Assembly: GCF_964355755.1 (NCBI RefSeq)
Contig: NC_092677.1
Span: forward strand, 10,376,101 to 10,440,100
Source: Antedon mediterranea
Taxonomy: Eukaryota; Animalia; Echinodermata
Direction: 5' to 3'
DNA length: 64,000 bases
Position 1 is the stretch's first letter; each line of letters starts with the position of its first letter. A program made the position numbers and the translations under genes. Under the pieces are notes generated by a model, which saw only the letters and a list, made by a program, of their open reading frames with translations, was not told the origin of the DNA and did no database searches. This document shows, piece by piece, positions 26,800 to 40,373 of this stretch.

Positions 26800-28970
26800 T
26801 AGGACTACAGCAATACTCTACTTTTTCTACTATACTTTTGCCCAAAAACTATTTCATTACTAAACAACACAACCGTATATGCTTACTGTAAGGCAATGAA
26901 TTTATTAAATTGTATTGTAAAATAGAAGACTAAAATATAACTGTATTATGTAAAAATTACTACTGTAATATAAAATGTTTCAATAATTATTAAATTATAA
27001 ATAGATACAATTCTCACTATTATAAAAGGTATTCATCAAAGTGAAAATAAAAGAAAAAGTATGGTAAAAATATCTAAACTAGGTATTTTTGTCCATAAAA
27101 ATTTATATTATAATCGCGTGCTAACAGAAAACTAGCTAGTACAGTAGCAAAAGAAAAAAAAAATGTCTAAAGCCAAGCCAAGACAGGCAAATGCTGCGGA
27201 AGGAAATTGCAGTTGACACGGTACGGTGTATAAAGCAAACAAGTTGTTATTGCTGGATTTCAAAATAAATTTCATCTTTTAAATGTACTGTAAAAAATTA
27301 ATCTTGATAGTCAATTTTGAGACAAAAATAAAAGTAATGATTTGTTTTTTTTCTTTTGTTTGATAAAAATATTTAGCAAACTTGCAGGCAAATAAAACAT
27401 AACCACAAACTTAATAAATCAATCATTTTTACATTGAAAAGTAAAGACAACAAAATCTTCATCGTAAACATTCAAGGAAAGCAAAAATGACTATATTAAA
27501 ATAGTTGTGGTTTGCTTTTAGTATAGGCTTAGTAGGACAATAAATGTAAGGACTGCAAATTGTTATATGAACACTGTTTAGTATTTAGTTTTAGTGTAAA
27601 AATACTGTTTATCCGATCTGTATTTGAAATTAGTTAGATAGTAGTTCTGGGCTGTGGTAGCCAGTGTCGCCCATCGTTGTATCTTAATAAAAGTTAAGTT
27701 TATAAGAACTACCACCCAGCCTAATATTTCAGAAGCCTTTAAAATCTACGTGTCTATCTACTACGAACTCTCCTAAAATACCTCTGGCTAGGGCTAAGCC
27801 AAAATCTCAATTTTAGGAAAGATTTAGTCCGCTTTCAATTGAGTTGAAAGTACAGAACTATAAAGCTCTTCTTACCAATCTAGTATGACGCATGCATGGA
27901 AAAAAAGATTAATTCTTCCAAAACCATTAAGTTATTTCACAGATTTCGGCGACTAGTATAACTACTCTATGTGACTATAGTTATTAGTTTAAAATGTAGA
28001 TATATTTTTCAAAAATAAAATCATTAGTGTCTCAGAATTATTGGCTTTAAAGTGAAGATTCGCAAAGACCGATTGTCAAAACAAATTGCTTTTTTTCTAC
28101 CTCAAATCCAGCTTTGAGCATAAAAACATGATGTTGGATTTAATAGATTATCATTCTATTAATAAGAAAGAGAGAACTTAGACACTTGCTGTGTTTGTAG
28201 TCTTGTAGATACACAAAAAAGGAGGCGAGTTAATCGTAGAAAGACCAAAGGAAGGCGAGTTAATCTCCTATTACATATACTCCAAAGAAATGAGCATAAA
28301 CAGGCTACTGTGGTGATTGTTACTGCACACTGTAGCACTATAATACTGTACAGTACAATGTCTACACAAAATATTTTATTCTATTCATTGAATTGTTGAA
28401 GTGATTGTATTGATTGCAACACATGTTATTACCTGTACAGTATGAAAAGAGTTACAATATAAAATCACTGTTCGCAACGGACACCATGTTTAAAAACACG
28501 TTCCCATTTTTAAATCTAAATTTAAGGTCGCAAACTGCATTTTATGTTAAAATTAGAAACCACATGGACATATTTCTATTACTTTTTTCGTCTTTAAATG
28601 GTTAAAATGTGAAAAAATAAGTTGATGCTACTCTGTTCCCTAGTTAAGTGGCCCGCTAAACACCAACAGGCAGACTGATATTTTTGTTTTGCTTCCACTT
28701 TCGATCGATCATCATAAGAAGAGATTGGGGAACAAACACTAAAAACAGTGATAGTTGTTTTGCTAATGTTGATGGTCTCAACGAGAGGCACTTAATTCTA
28801 TTAAATGAAAATAAATGCCAAACAAAAACTACTGTACAACTAAAATATTGCCAGCAAGTACCCGCAGTTTTTAATTCTCTCCACTATTCATACCATTCTT
28901 GATACAGTCTAAAATACTGTAGTGTTTTAATATTCTTTATTAAAACCACATCACAGCTAATGTTCAATTA

Positions 28971-29637
28971 CCGTACTGACGCGGGTATAAGCCCACCCCC
29001 CTCGAACATGAAATCACGTCAAGTTTGGGGGGGTGGGCTTATACCCGAGGATCCAAAAATGCAGATCGTCAAAAACAGCACATGTACACTGTGTATTCCA
29101 CCATGCGAGCGAGCGCCCTCACGTGTACGACGTTGCCTCTAAATACACGAGGTGTAGAGTGTCGGAAAATTAGTTCGTGTAATTTATCGTAGAATATCTT
29201 ATTTTAAACATCAATTTAACAAGAATTTATCAAGCAGAAAAGCAAGTATACAATGTTCGTTAAATAGAAATGTACCAAAGAAATTTAATAAGCTTGTTTA
29301 TGGCAGCCGATACCAAATAGTGGTTTTCCGTTTTGGCGACTTGTAAGTTGTAGCGTCGTGTGTGAAGCGATCTTCGACCGCGATGGAGTGTAAACAAAAC
29401 AGGACCGCTAGGCCTCATATGGCCTAGCGTATATTAGCCTAGCTTGGTTATGATCAAAGGTAGGTATATTCGGTGTATGGACGTCGCCAAATGCAAAATA
29501 ATGTATTACGACACACACTGTAGATCTTCGAATTAATGGGTGGGCTTATACCCGAGTGCCTCATTTTTCATGAAAATTAGTCAAAAGTCGGGGGTGGGCT
29601 TATACCCGAGTATGGGCTTATACCCGCGTCAGTACGG
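28971..29637. mobile_element. Tc2-like non-autonomous element, family D, full length
   Basis: Perfect 25-bp TIR CCGTACTGACGCGGGTATAAGCCCA, TA on both sides, and sub-terminal gggcttatacccga repeats. Confidence 0.9.
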
Positions 29638-29687
29638 TACTGTATGGTTCACCCAGTTGAATTTATAAGATACAAAATTAACATTAA

Positions 29688-30099
29688 AGATGTATTGTCC
29701 CCAAAACATGAAAAATGAAGATTTATAAAATCCGAATTTTAATAGGCCATTTTGTAGTTTAAGTAGAAAAAAAATGTTTTTGCTTAATAAAAAAATATAC
29801 ATCAACCAAAAACCTGTTAGCTAACAGCCAATTTGACAAATTTTGAGATACTGTAGATAGTTATGTATTTTATCCCTCTTGTAACCATGTTCTAATAGTA
29901 GTCTTTAAATATTGGATTTTTATCTGTTATATTTTCTGTATAGTGTGTGTAATTAGGCATCAAGGAAAACAAATTTCATGTTCGCCTTGTTGTGGTCATG
30001 ACAATACAGATTTATCTTATCTTGGTCAAAGTGGATACCTATTAATGTAACATTAAAATGGCATATTAAACATTTTTTTTTTCAGGGGGAAATATATCT
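29688..30099. mobile_element. TTAA-associated MITE (Kolobok-like)
   Basis: TTAA-AGATGTATTGTCCCC ... GGGGGAAATATATCT. Related end fragments lie near 18496, 30618 and 35823. Confidence 0.55.
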
Positions 30100-32104
30100 T
30101 TTTTTAAACAAATGGTATATCTGGTTTAGAAAAACCAAGACAAATATTGACAAAAGTTAGTAATAAAAGGTTCCATTACTCTATGAACCCTCTGAATACA
30201 GTACTACTGGCAGTAAAACCAAGGTGCACTAGGGTGGCCTAATATAGGTCAGATGGTCAAATAAGAACTCTCAATTACCACTGGAGATAGCAAGATGCCA
30301 GAGGGTATAGACTTGGCCTGTGGTCTAGACCACAAAATACCAGCAAGGCTCAGAACCACCCAAAGGTCAAGTACTGTAAGAAAGTATGTCATTGTCAGTA
30401 AACACCAGATAAGGAGTAGTATTTTCATTTTAATAGACTTTTGGAGAAAAAAAGTATTCATCACCCAAAAAATATAGATACATGCACAGAGCACAACATT
30501 AAACTGTTTTTTTTTAAAACAATGAATTCATCTATTAGGAATACATTTAAAGCATATTAAAAACAAGAAATATTTCTTACAAAAAACGCTGCTCGCTTAT
30601 TGACGTAACAGTTTTAAAGATATATTGTCCCTCTGAAAAATATTTTTTATTTCAAATTTGTTTTTGAATGTGTCATTTTATTGTCACATAATAGTTATTT
30701 TACCTGAAAAAATGTAATTAAAAGCAAAAAATACTTCAATTGTCTGTCAGACAATGTGGTTTTTGAGTTATAATAATTAAACGTTTCTTTTCTCTTTTTA
30801 TAATGTGAATTTTGTTACAGAAGTGAAGAACTTTGATATGAAACAGACTCAATTTAGTTTATTTTATTGCTAAGGTCAAGTCTGGGGGTCACTTCATCAC
30901 GCCTTAGGTACTTCAAGTGTGAAGTATCATATTACAAACAAAAACTTTCATGGACTGTTTTGATAATAATTCAATGGTTATCTGACAGCGAAATACAGTA
31001 TTGTCATGGAACTCATAAATACCAGAAATGCAGCTGGTACCTGTAAATTATAGTCAAGTTTCCATTTTAGCAAAAATGTCAAAGTGTAGTACTATAACTG
31101 CTGCTTGATTTCATCTAATAAATGAGTCATCTCGTGTGACGTAGCGGGCTAGAGCAGCAGCGTGATAACTATAGTTTCTATAATTTATTAGTACCCTAAA
31201 TACCGATTATTATTAAAAATCTCGTATTTTATAATTAAATTAAACTCTGTAGGGAAATCATTTTCTTGCCTTCATTACATTTAAATAGTCAATTAAGACA
31301 ATCATGGAGAAATTTTCTCCATGAGACAATTAAGGTTAATAATATTAAAGTACAGCAAACAACACTTTTATCAGTCTTGGTGTCACAAAGTTAATTATGC
31401 GATGCATAGCATACAATCAGTGTTGTAGAAATCTATTCAGGTCAATTAAGCAAGATACCAAATCCTAGATGTAGCTAATCTTAATACAAATGTACTAACT
31501 AAATGTCAATTCAGATAGTAGACGCTGATTTGTCTTGTTTTAGGATTTAATGGTTAGGCCTAGCCTACGCTAGTAAACAAATGTTGATTTTATTTTTATT
31601 TCCTACACCATTTTGATTATATTGGTTGGACCCAATTTACTTCGGTAAATCTTGTTGGCAAAACCAGTTTTGTGAGAACACTGACAAAATATACCATCTT
31701 CCAATTACTTAAAAACAAAGATAAACGATATTTCTACTAAAAATTCCTTCTTTATTTACATCATTCAAATAGCATGAATTCAACAAAGCAATAACAACTG
31801 GCTAAATACATACTGAAAAGAAAATTTATGTTCTTAGCTTGCTAGTATGAAACTCAACAAAGGTTAAAGGTTAATGCTATACATCTATTTTTATATTTTA
31901 CCTTTGAACCTTGATCCCTATTCAATTGGCTATACTGCATAACGCTATTAACTATATAGTGTATATTATTAGATGTGGAACTCTTTTAGATAATATAGAT
32001 CTATCTAAATTTATTAAACTAAAGTAAATACAGTCTTCAAACAAAGACATGTTTTAAGCTCTGTTTACATTATGTACACCATTTAATTTTACAAATTTTT
32101 TTAA

Positions 32105-32248
32105 AGCTGTGTCTACACTATCAAACTAGTTTGACAAAAAAGTGTGATGTGACCAAATTATGGCAGTGATATGCTCAAACATGGTAGTGTCCATATATGG
32201 GCACATCACATTTTTTGTCGCATAACGTTTGATAGTGTAGATAGAGCT
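32105..32248. mobile_element. MITE family A
   Basis: agctgtgtctacactatcaaac ... gtttgatagtgtagatagagct. Confidence 0.85.
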
Positions 32249-34313
32249 TTACACAGTGTAGCATAGTCTCAATCAATGAACAGTACTGGACAGTCTAGTC
32301 CCCATAAATAATTGTATGATAAAATGCTGCTATACCATATTTCTTCTACATGATGTATTTTTATACCATTTCATATAGTATTTTTATATTTGAATTTCTT
32401 AGTTTGGACTGTCAGGCCTGCAGGCTATAGTATAATAATTGAGTTAACTTTTGGCGTCCATAGTCAACAATGAAATTCATCTTTTTAATTTTAATTGTTA
32501 TCTATATTTTTTGTCTGTATATTGTTATGGCTTAATAAATGAATGAATAGATTTTCTTATTTTTGTTTACACACAGAAAGCTGTTAATAACTGTTGCCTA
32601 TAGCCCGCAAACGGACTATATTGAGGCTGGCATCTGGGAAGATTGAGCAGCTTTGCTACAGTACACTTTTAGAATAGATAGCATTCAAACCAAGCTTGCA
32701 ACTCATTACCAATTATATGCTACCCTATCAGATAGCAGGCTTTAGTAATGTATAAAAAGCATATTATTGAAGTGCAGCTACAGTAGTTTCAACAAGCTAC
32801 AGACTTTAGGCCAAAAGCTTCAACAATCATGCTGTTTGTGTTACTGACAATGGGCAGAAAGAACTTCTGTTGACCAAGAAATGCCAAATCCTTGAGAATG
32901 GTCATTGATAAATAACAAGTTCATGTCTAGACTAACATTATATAATTGCAGTGACCTTTTAATAGATGATGGTTTGCTAGCTGGATCACTGTTATAGACA
33001 TGCTGGAGGAATAAAGTAATTATTTAAGTAAGACATGCGCCTGGTGGAAAAACCAGAAGACTATGGTCTTACATCTTGCAGCCAGTCTGGTCTCTCTCCA
33101 GTTATCAGATGTAGTTGCCTATATAAAATTAAGATGATTGTGTTTGTTGAGCCAAAGATTAACTCTAGGGCATAATTTCACCAGTGTACTGTACGATAGC
33201 AAAACGCTATACAAAACTAACCTTACTGCTACACATTATAAAATTGTATGTAAAGCAAAAAACACCTATAAAATACAAAACTATGTTGTCCTAGATTTTA
33301 AAATAGAATTTTCCCCTGAAACTGTATTTTAAACTAAAGAAGAATTAATTATGTATGTTTTGTCTGTACATGTAAATCATAATGTTATATAACACTATAC
33401 TATTTAATATTTTTTAGGTTTATTTATGATCATACAATGTTGATTTTAAATATTAAATTTGGTCATAAAATTTAATAGCTTTTTCAAAACAATTCAATTG
33501 TTCACAGTTCACAATAAAAATACAAAATTCTACATTTTACGATCTTAAACTGAATACAACTTTCAAAAAGGCACGACTATAATCGTCATCAAAGAGATAA
33601 AACATTATCTACATGATGTACATACACACATTAAAATGTGTTCTGTATGTTTTAATGGCCTCATGGTTGATTTAACATGCTTTTCCTACAAGTAAAACAT
33701 GCTAGTTATTCAAACACAATGTTATATACCTCTTTTACCACTCTGCAGAACACGCTGATAAGCCTAGCTGTAAAAAGTACTGGGTCACAGACTGAATTGT
33801 TCCCTTGCAAAACAACTCTAGAGGCCACAACATGGAACAACTTTGATGGCCTAAAGAATGTCGAATTTTTTCTTTCATAGGAAGTAGTTGAGTTCTAAGT
33901 TCACCAGTGAATTTGAATAATTATTCGTATCTGACCAACAGTGGCAACATACTAACAAACGAAGATAATTTTATATTGCTTTGTGTAAGATATTAATAAA
34001 ATTTACAGAAATTCAATTGTCAACCAATATATTTAATAATAATCATTGATATTTTCTAAATTAATACTATTTTTATGTGCCCCGGTACAAACTACAAGGT
34101 CAGTATAAGAATATAAGAATGCTATTGGTCAATCAGATTCATTTTTAGGGTTATTGTATAGTACTGTAGCAGAGAATGATTTAATAGAAACATGTTATAG
34201 AAACAGTAGAGAATTAGTATTATAAATAAATTATAAATAAACCATTCCTTTTGGATCCCTATTCAGGGGACACCTATAGGAAAATAAATATGTATATTAT
34301 ATTATACTAATAG

Positions 34314-34400
34314 TACTATAGAACTTTATGTGACAAAATGTGCCCATTATATCACTACCATGTTTGGGAAAATCACACTAGTTTGATAATGTAGAGAGCT
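34314..34400. mobile_element. MITE family A, internally deleted copy
   Basis: actttatgtgacaaaatgtgccc..tatcactaccatgtttggg..agtttgataatgtagagagct. Confidence 0.7.
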
Positions 34401-34550
34401 TTAAAAAATATTTTTTGAAATGGTGTACATAGTGAATGCAGTAACACAAAGAAAAAAAACAACAAAAAAAAACAAAAGATTATTGTTTATTCAAATAAAT
34501 GATTAATTTGAATATTTAATATAATATCAAAACTACAATGATATACATAC

Positions 34551-34595
34551 CTGGAAATTGCCTTGAGAAAACAGAAGTAATGTACATCAACATAA
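34551..34595 (-). CDS. CUB-domain protein, 45-nt exon (FMLMYITSVFSRQFP, end of signal peptide)
   Basis: Strong acceptor ttttttttcag| and donor CAG|gtatgt. Phase 1-1, open frame. Likely cleavage site VFS|RQ. Confidence 0.7.
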
Positions 34596-36109
34596 CTGAA
34601 AAAAAATATAGATTATAATATTTAATTTATCAATTCTGTTGTGTTGAATGCATGAGTGCATTTTAAAAGGGATGACAATGTGATGCTATCATGCTATTGG
34701 CAATACATTGTATAAAATATGTTTATTTTTTTTCTTTTGGGTATCATAAAATAGATTTACTGTTTTGCTACGTTTTGGCTACTACAGGGTTAGTATCTTC
34801 CAGTATAAAATACGGACATTTATTAATTGTATACATTAATTAAGATACATACAGTATTTAGCAACATAACATACTAGACATCTACAATATAGAAAGTAGC
34901 ACTTTTATAACACTAACAGTAAAACCCCTATTGAAGGGACACCTTTTGGACACAAAAATGTGTCCTTTATAATATAGTGTCTCCCCTAAAATAGACATTT
35001 GGCCTCTTAGAGATGTCTCCTAAATTGCGGGCGGTTAGTAATATTGCTCTTGTTAACTTAAAAAAATAGGGAATTTTTAAGGTTTTTTTTTTACTGAAGG
35101 CCCTACAGTAATTATAAAGTACATAATATCGGTAGACAAACATTAATTCGACAAAATACATCCCCGATTAAGAATGGTATGGTCTATTTTTGGGAATGTA
35201 CAGATAAATTGCTTTGTCTCCTTGGTCTACTGAAAACTCTACTAATTATTAATGTTTATAATACAGGATAAAGATGTTTGGAACGGTAACATACAGTAAA
35301 ATATAAAGTACTGTTCTACTAAATCAAGGAAACATATTAATGTACAGTGATCCTGTAGTTAGAAAATATGAAATTTTCTATCAAATCAGTTAAATTATCG
35401 ATTGATCACACTTTGAATACACAACACAAACTACAGTAGGTACCAATTTCTAAACATTAAATAGATTTCTAAATCTCATGAAGCATTGTCTCATGGCAAA
35501 TGTAAATACCGACGGCTAGACGACAGGTGTATGCCGCCAAGTTAGTACACAGGGGGCGCCCTTTTTATTACACAATAGTTTGCTTTGGCTGCAAACAAAT
35601 AACTTCACATTGCCCTTGTGTGTGATACACGATGACTCCCTATAAACATTCAATTTGAATTACAGAAAAATACACATACTGCACCTGTATGTTACAGTAT
35701 AACAGTATACAGTGTTTGGTTAAATACTGTTAACATATTTCTTTCACTTGTTTGTTCAGAGAAAAATGTTTTGTATGGGTGTTTGTTGAGGTGAAAATAA
35801 GATGCAATACTTAACATTATTAAGATGTATTGTCCTCCAAAAATCTTTTTTTTTTTTAGTTTTAATAATAATATGTACCAGTATTTATTCATTTCCTTCA
35901 CTTCACAAAAAAAAACAAAACAATACTTTTACTTTAAAATGTACAGGTACTTCTGGTTGACTATTTTTGTTCCGTTTACAGTAAATTTCTTATCTAAATT
36001 TTTGGCAAATGAATAACTGACTATGTGACATTATTAATATTAAATAATAAATTATAGCATCTTGACAAAATAATTTTTGTTTATATATAAATCCATTACT
36101 AAAAAAATA

Positions 36110-37221
36110 ACAATGCTGTGGGTATCAGTTGCTGGATCTCAATGGAGATACAAAAAAAAAAGAAAAAAGCTAAATCGAAAAGATAAAGTAAAACAGCCCG
36201 AAAAGTTAGCAGAGCTTTTGGGCAACACTATATTTAAGCAAATTTTCCAAGGACAACCAAGCTAATTCATTCACTACTAATCCTGTCCATAAGACAAACA
36301 TAACAAAATGCTCTATGTAAAGTCTTATTATATAACAAGTCTTTGTGAGTGGAGTTATACATTTTCATCAGAAAAAATCTCGACATATGACAGGACTTGA
36401 ACCCAGGACCCTTGGATTAGTAACCACCGATCACAAAAAATATCTTTAAACTCAACGATGAGCTCTTTTAAAACCATTTAGGAACATCAATTCTTATGGC
36501 TGCCACGTGATGCATTATGGCCAGTCCATCTATATTTTCACTTTCATTTTTCAGATGGTCTACTGTAACCATCGAGGTATCTAACCACATACACAGACTA
36601 TTGGCCTATATCACGGTAAGCCCTTCTTGCTGTGATGGTGATCCAAAAAGAGATTACATTATTAAAATTATTGCATGTACTGTACTGTCTATTTAATTTT
36701 GTGGAAGGTGGCAGAAGTTGTTCTTTACAGACCACATGGCTATTTTTACTAACCTCCCCACACATACCAATTTTAATGACTAAGTATTATAACATCATTT
36801 TACATGGAAATATCTACTTTAAATACAGCATAGGTTACTAATAAATGGCTATGTGCCTAAAGATCTAACTATAAGAAAATGCGCTATAACATATGTTAGT
36901 GCTATTACTGTACTATGTGCTTCTTACTTTTATTGAAAGTCTTTTTAAATACCAAATACTGAGATGTTCTTTACAAGGGATTAATTTTTCTTTTGTATGC
37001 ACAGTAGATATTGAAGTAAAGATGAGGGTACACTAAAATACAACAATTGATTTTGAATATTAACTTTATAAATCCAAACGCAAATAACTGGGAAAAATGA
37101 CAATGCTGTGGGTATCGGTGGCTGTGTCTCAATGGAGATACACAAAAAAAAGGCGAAAAGCTAAATCAAAACGATAAAGTAAAACAGCCACAAAAGTTAG
37201 CAGAGCTTTCGGGCAACACTA
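36110..37221. repeat. Two ~120-bp direct copies (36110-36230 and 37100-37221) ending in a hAT-like terminus
   Basis: acaatgctgtgggtatc...aaaagttagcagagcttt.gggcaacacta occurs twice; the reverse complement begins TAGTGTTGCCC. Confidence 0.75.
36388..36432 (-). mobile_element. tRNA-derived SINE fragment
   Basis: Minus strand ...AATCCAAGGGTCCTGGGTTCAAGTCCTG contains a B box in T-arm context. Confidence 0.4.
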
Positions 37222-38706
37222 ACCCTTCATTAGTATATAAATACAATATGAAACGGCATTGAATATTTTACAGCACTGTAAAAAAAACCAGGAAATTTGT
37301 CGAGCCTTTTCCTACAATACAAACTATTTTTATTTTATCTGCTGAGAACCAACCTATCTAAATGTGCTACAGTACCCTGCAAATGAAATACGGTGCCAAA
37401 TAAATAAATAATTGTAATTCTGCCCTAAAAAAGTATTTGATGCCAAAAGAAAAATCAATACATATTTATATAGTGTATTGTATATTTTTGTATAGTTCTT
37501 AGTTTCTTTCATATTAGTTTAGTTTATGTTGATATGAGGGCCCCTTTATTGTCAGCAATGCTGTTTATGATTACCCTCTTTAAATAAGTTTTAATAAAAA
37601 AAACAACTGTATACAGATCACATCTTCATTGAATTTAATCTGAAAGTCCCGTCTCCATTTAATACTTTGTAACAATTGCCATGTGTTAGTAACTGTATCT
37701 ATGGAACATTTATCATAATTCTTAAATATTTTTAAGGAATACCACCAATTTTTTTCATTAATGTTCCATTATTAAAGGATCCCTTTGACCTTTGTCAAAT
37801 GTTAATGTTTTTCATACATGAATTAACTGACTCTGTACCCATATAATATAATATATAATACAGCGTTTGGAAAGTTCTATTCAAAGATATCAAGTAGGCG
37901 TTGTGAGTACTGCGGCCGTTGTGAATACTTCGCTACGAGTATTAGAAAATAAGCATCAACCTAGACAGAGAATTTTGATGACCTCATATCACTGCATGAA
38001 ACATGTGACCTATTTTAACAGATTATAGTTACATCCTTTAACAAATCAGATGAGCTCCTACAGCTAATGCCTAGTATTACATTAGTAGATAAATCGCAAC
38101 ATTCCACGCGACCCACTTATTTTTTTTTTTAAGTGCCAGTCGCGCTTGCGCTAACTTAATGTTTTGTACAGTCGTCGTTTAAAATCGGTAATTGCATGTT
38201 TATAGCTACGATTTGTATCCGTACAGCGTGACCTCATTTGTATCTAGGCCGCGCACATACTGCGTAGACTACATTATGCAGCTAATGTACTAATGTATTA
38301 GAGCGGACAAGGCATGATCAACCATATCTCGGTATTGGTCAATCTCTTTAAGTTGACGGTGGTATTTCATTTACTTAATTTCATCATGCATACTTAGAAA
38401 TCTTTAATGGCATTACAGAGAGACATAACAGTATACTCAACAGGTATTTTAGTCAGCAACTTTCTATTTCATAGAATTTCTACTTAAAATTGATAATAAT
38501 TCTTAATTAAAACTGAAAAAAATATTGTACTGTATGTAACCTATTATTCTAAAAAATAAAGTACAGGAAAGAGAGTGCAGACTACACTTTTATATTCCAT
38601 TTTAAATCAATGCTTTCACACTGGGTGAAAGATGAATATTAAGTTTGGGAAATGACCTTTAAACTGGGTGGCCCCACCTACCAGCATAACTACAATCACA
38701 CCAGAC

Positions 38707-38920
38707 CAAACCTTGTCTTTTGAAGATTATAGGTATGCTACAAATTGCACTCCTCAATACATTCAGGGATGCTGTACAGTAGGTGTGCTGTATTGTATTT
38801 TGGTGTGTAGAAGTTTACCAAATTTAAGCGTGTTGTAAATCGCACTCCTCAAGGGCAGTTTAGGAGTGCGTTAGGTGAGTGATCGCACTCACTTGCTTTA
38901 ATTTTAAAAGACAAGGCCTG
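38707..38920. mobile_element. MITE with CA..CCTTGTCTTTT TIRs (hAT-like)
   Basis: caaaccttgtctttt ... aaaagacaaggcctg, with internal gcactcctcaa repeats. Confidence 0.55.
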
Positions 38921-40274
38921 CACTACTGTATTCTATGTACAGTACTTATGTACTACAAACTACAATTAAAATTGATATTATTATTAATTATAAGCAATCT
39001 CCACACAAAAAAAAAAACAAAAAAAAGCTAATGATTATTAATAATAAATCAATACAGTAATGATGCCATATTTAGCACTGGCAGTTTACCATTACAAAGT
39101 AAAAATATATGCTACTGTGATGATGGGTTAACTTACATTAACATTTAAATAACAACGTCTGCTTGCACTGAAAAGATTTAGTGCCTGTTCAGTGTTAAAC
39201 TATTCTGAAGCTATGCATACAGTATAGGTTTTTACACACTATTAAAGTGTGCTGACCTGATGTGTTGTCCTATTATAATACTGTATATAATATGGTTGAG
39301 TAGTTTAATTTCAATACCTTGTATTATACTATATTCAATTTTTTTTTATTTGTTTGTTTTGGGTAAAAATAGAAATTGTACTGTACACCTAACAGTAGCA
39401 TGGAAGTGCTGCTAAATGTTGATACTACAGTTGTACTACTAATCTTTCATTAGCGTAAACTGGATAACAATAAATATCAACAACAAACAGTACAGTACAA
39501 TGTGTTGAAACTAAATGTTTCACTAGTTACCATACTGTAGTACTGTAGTAACATAACTTATGTAACCAAGTAAAATGGTAAACCAATAATTAACTTAACA
39601 GATTTGAGTTTTTACCAGACATTACACAAGAATATAAAACTACCTTATTGCTACAGGCTATTCATTTTTAAAATGGTTTGGCAAAAATACAGTATAGTAT
39701 ATAACTATATTTCCATTAACTTTTTAATTTTAAAACCATTTTGTTCCCTGGAATATCAAATAATAGGGCCCTTTCTATTGATTATAATTTAACAGATATT
39801 TACTGTAGGAAATTGCATAAAGGTTAATAAAGCTGTCCGTCATATTGGTAGTGAATACAATTGGTACCAGGAAAAAAACATTTTGTGGTTAAATGAAAAT
39901 GCCAAAAATGTACTAAAATCCTTAAAAATATGTCAAATTTAACAATTCACCCTATAGTATTTAAAGGTCAAATAAAGGCTATACAATAGAAATAATAGTT
40001 AATTATTAATTTTATCTAATTATCATCACATTATACCAGATTAATTGACGATGTTATGTTATATCATTAAATAGTGCTTAGCCATAATCAATTATTTTTT
40101 AACAGCGGTGGAAACAAATCAGCCTGTTCACAGGTTTAATTTAAATACAATAACTGTAATTTAAAGAACACTAACAACAGACAACAGGTCATGGCTATCT
40201 GTATGGGATCTATATGTCTATATTAATTACAGTATTATTGTAATTATAATAACACTAAACCATTTTGAGGAATG

Positions 40275-40373
40275 GGAGTGTGATCACTCACTTAACACTC
40301 TTTGAATGCCCTTGAGTATGATTTACAACAAGATACAAACAGCACACCAGCAAATTTCTATAGGCAAGGTCTG
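40275..40373. mobile_element. Degenerate inverted copy of the 38707-38920 MITE
   Basis: Its reverse complement matches tgttgtaaatcgcactcctcaagggca...gtgagtgatcgcactc at 38831-38890. Confidence 0.55.

Noticed and set aside
32960-32995. IDDGLLAG resembling a reverse transcriptase YxDD motif
   Set aside because: No upstream QG motif or continuous frame, and stops lie nearby.
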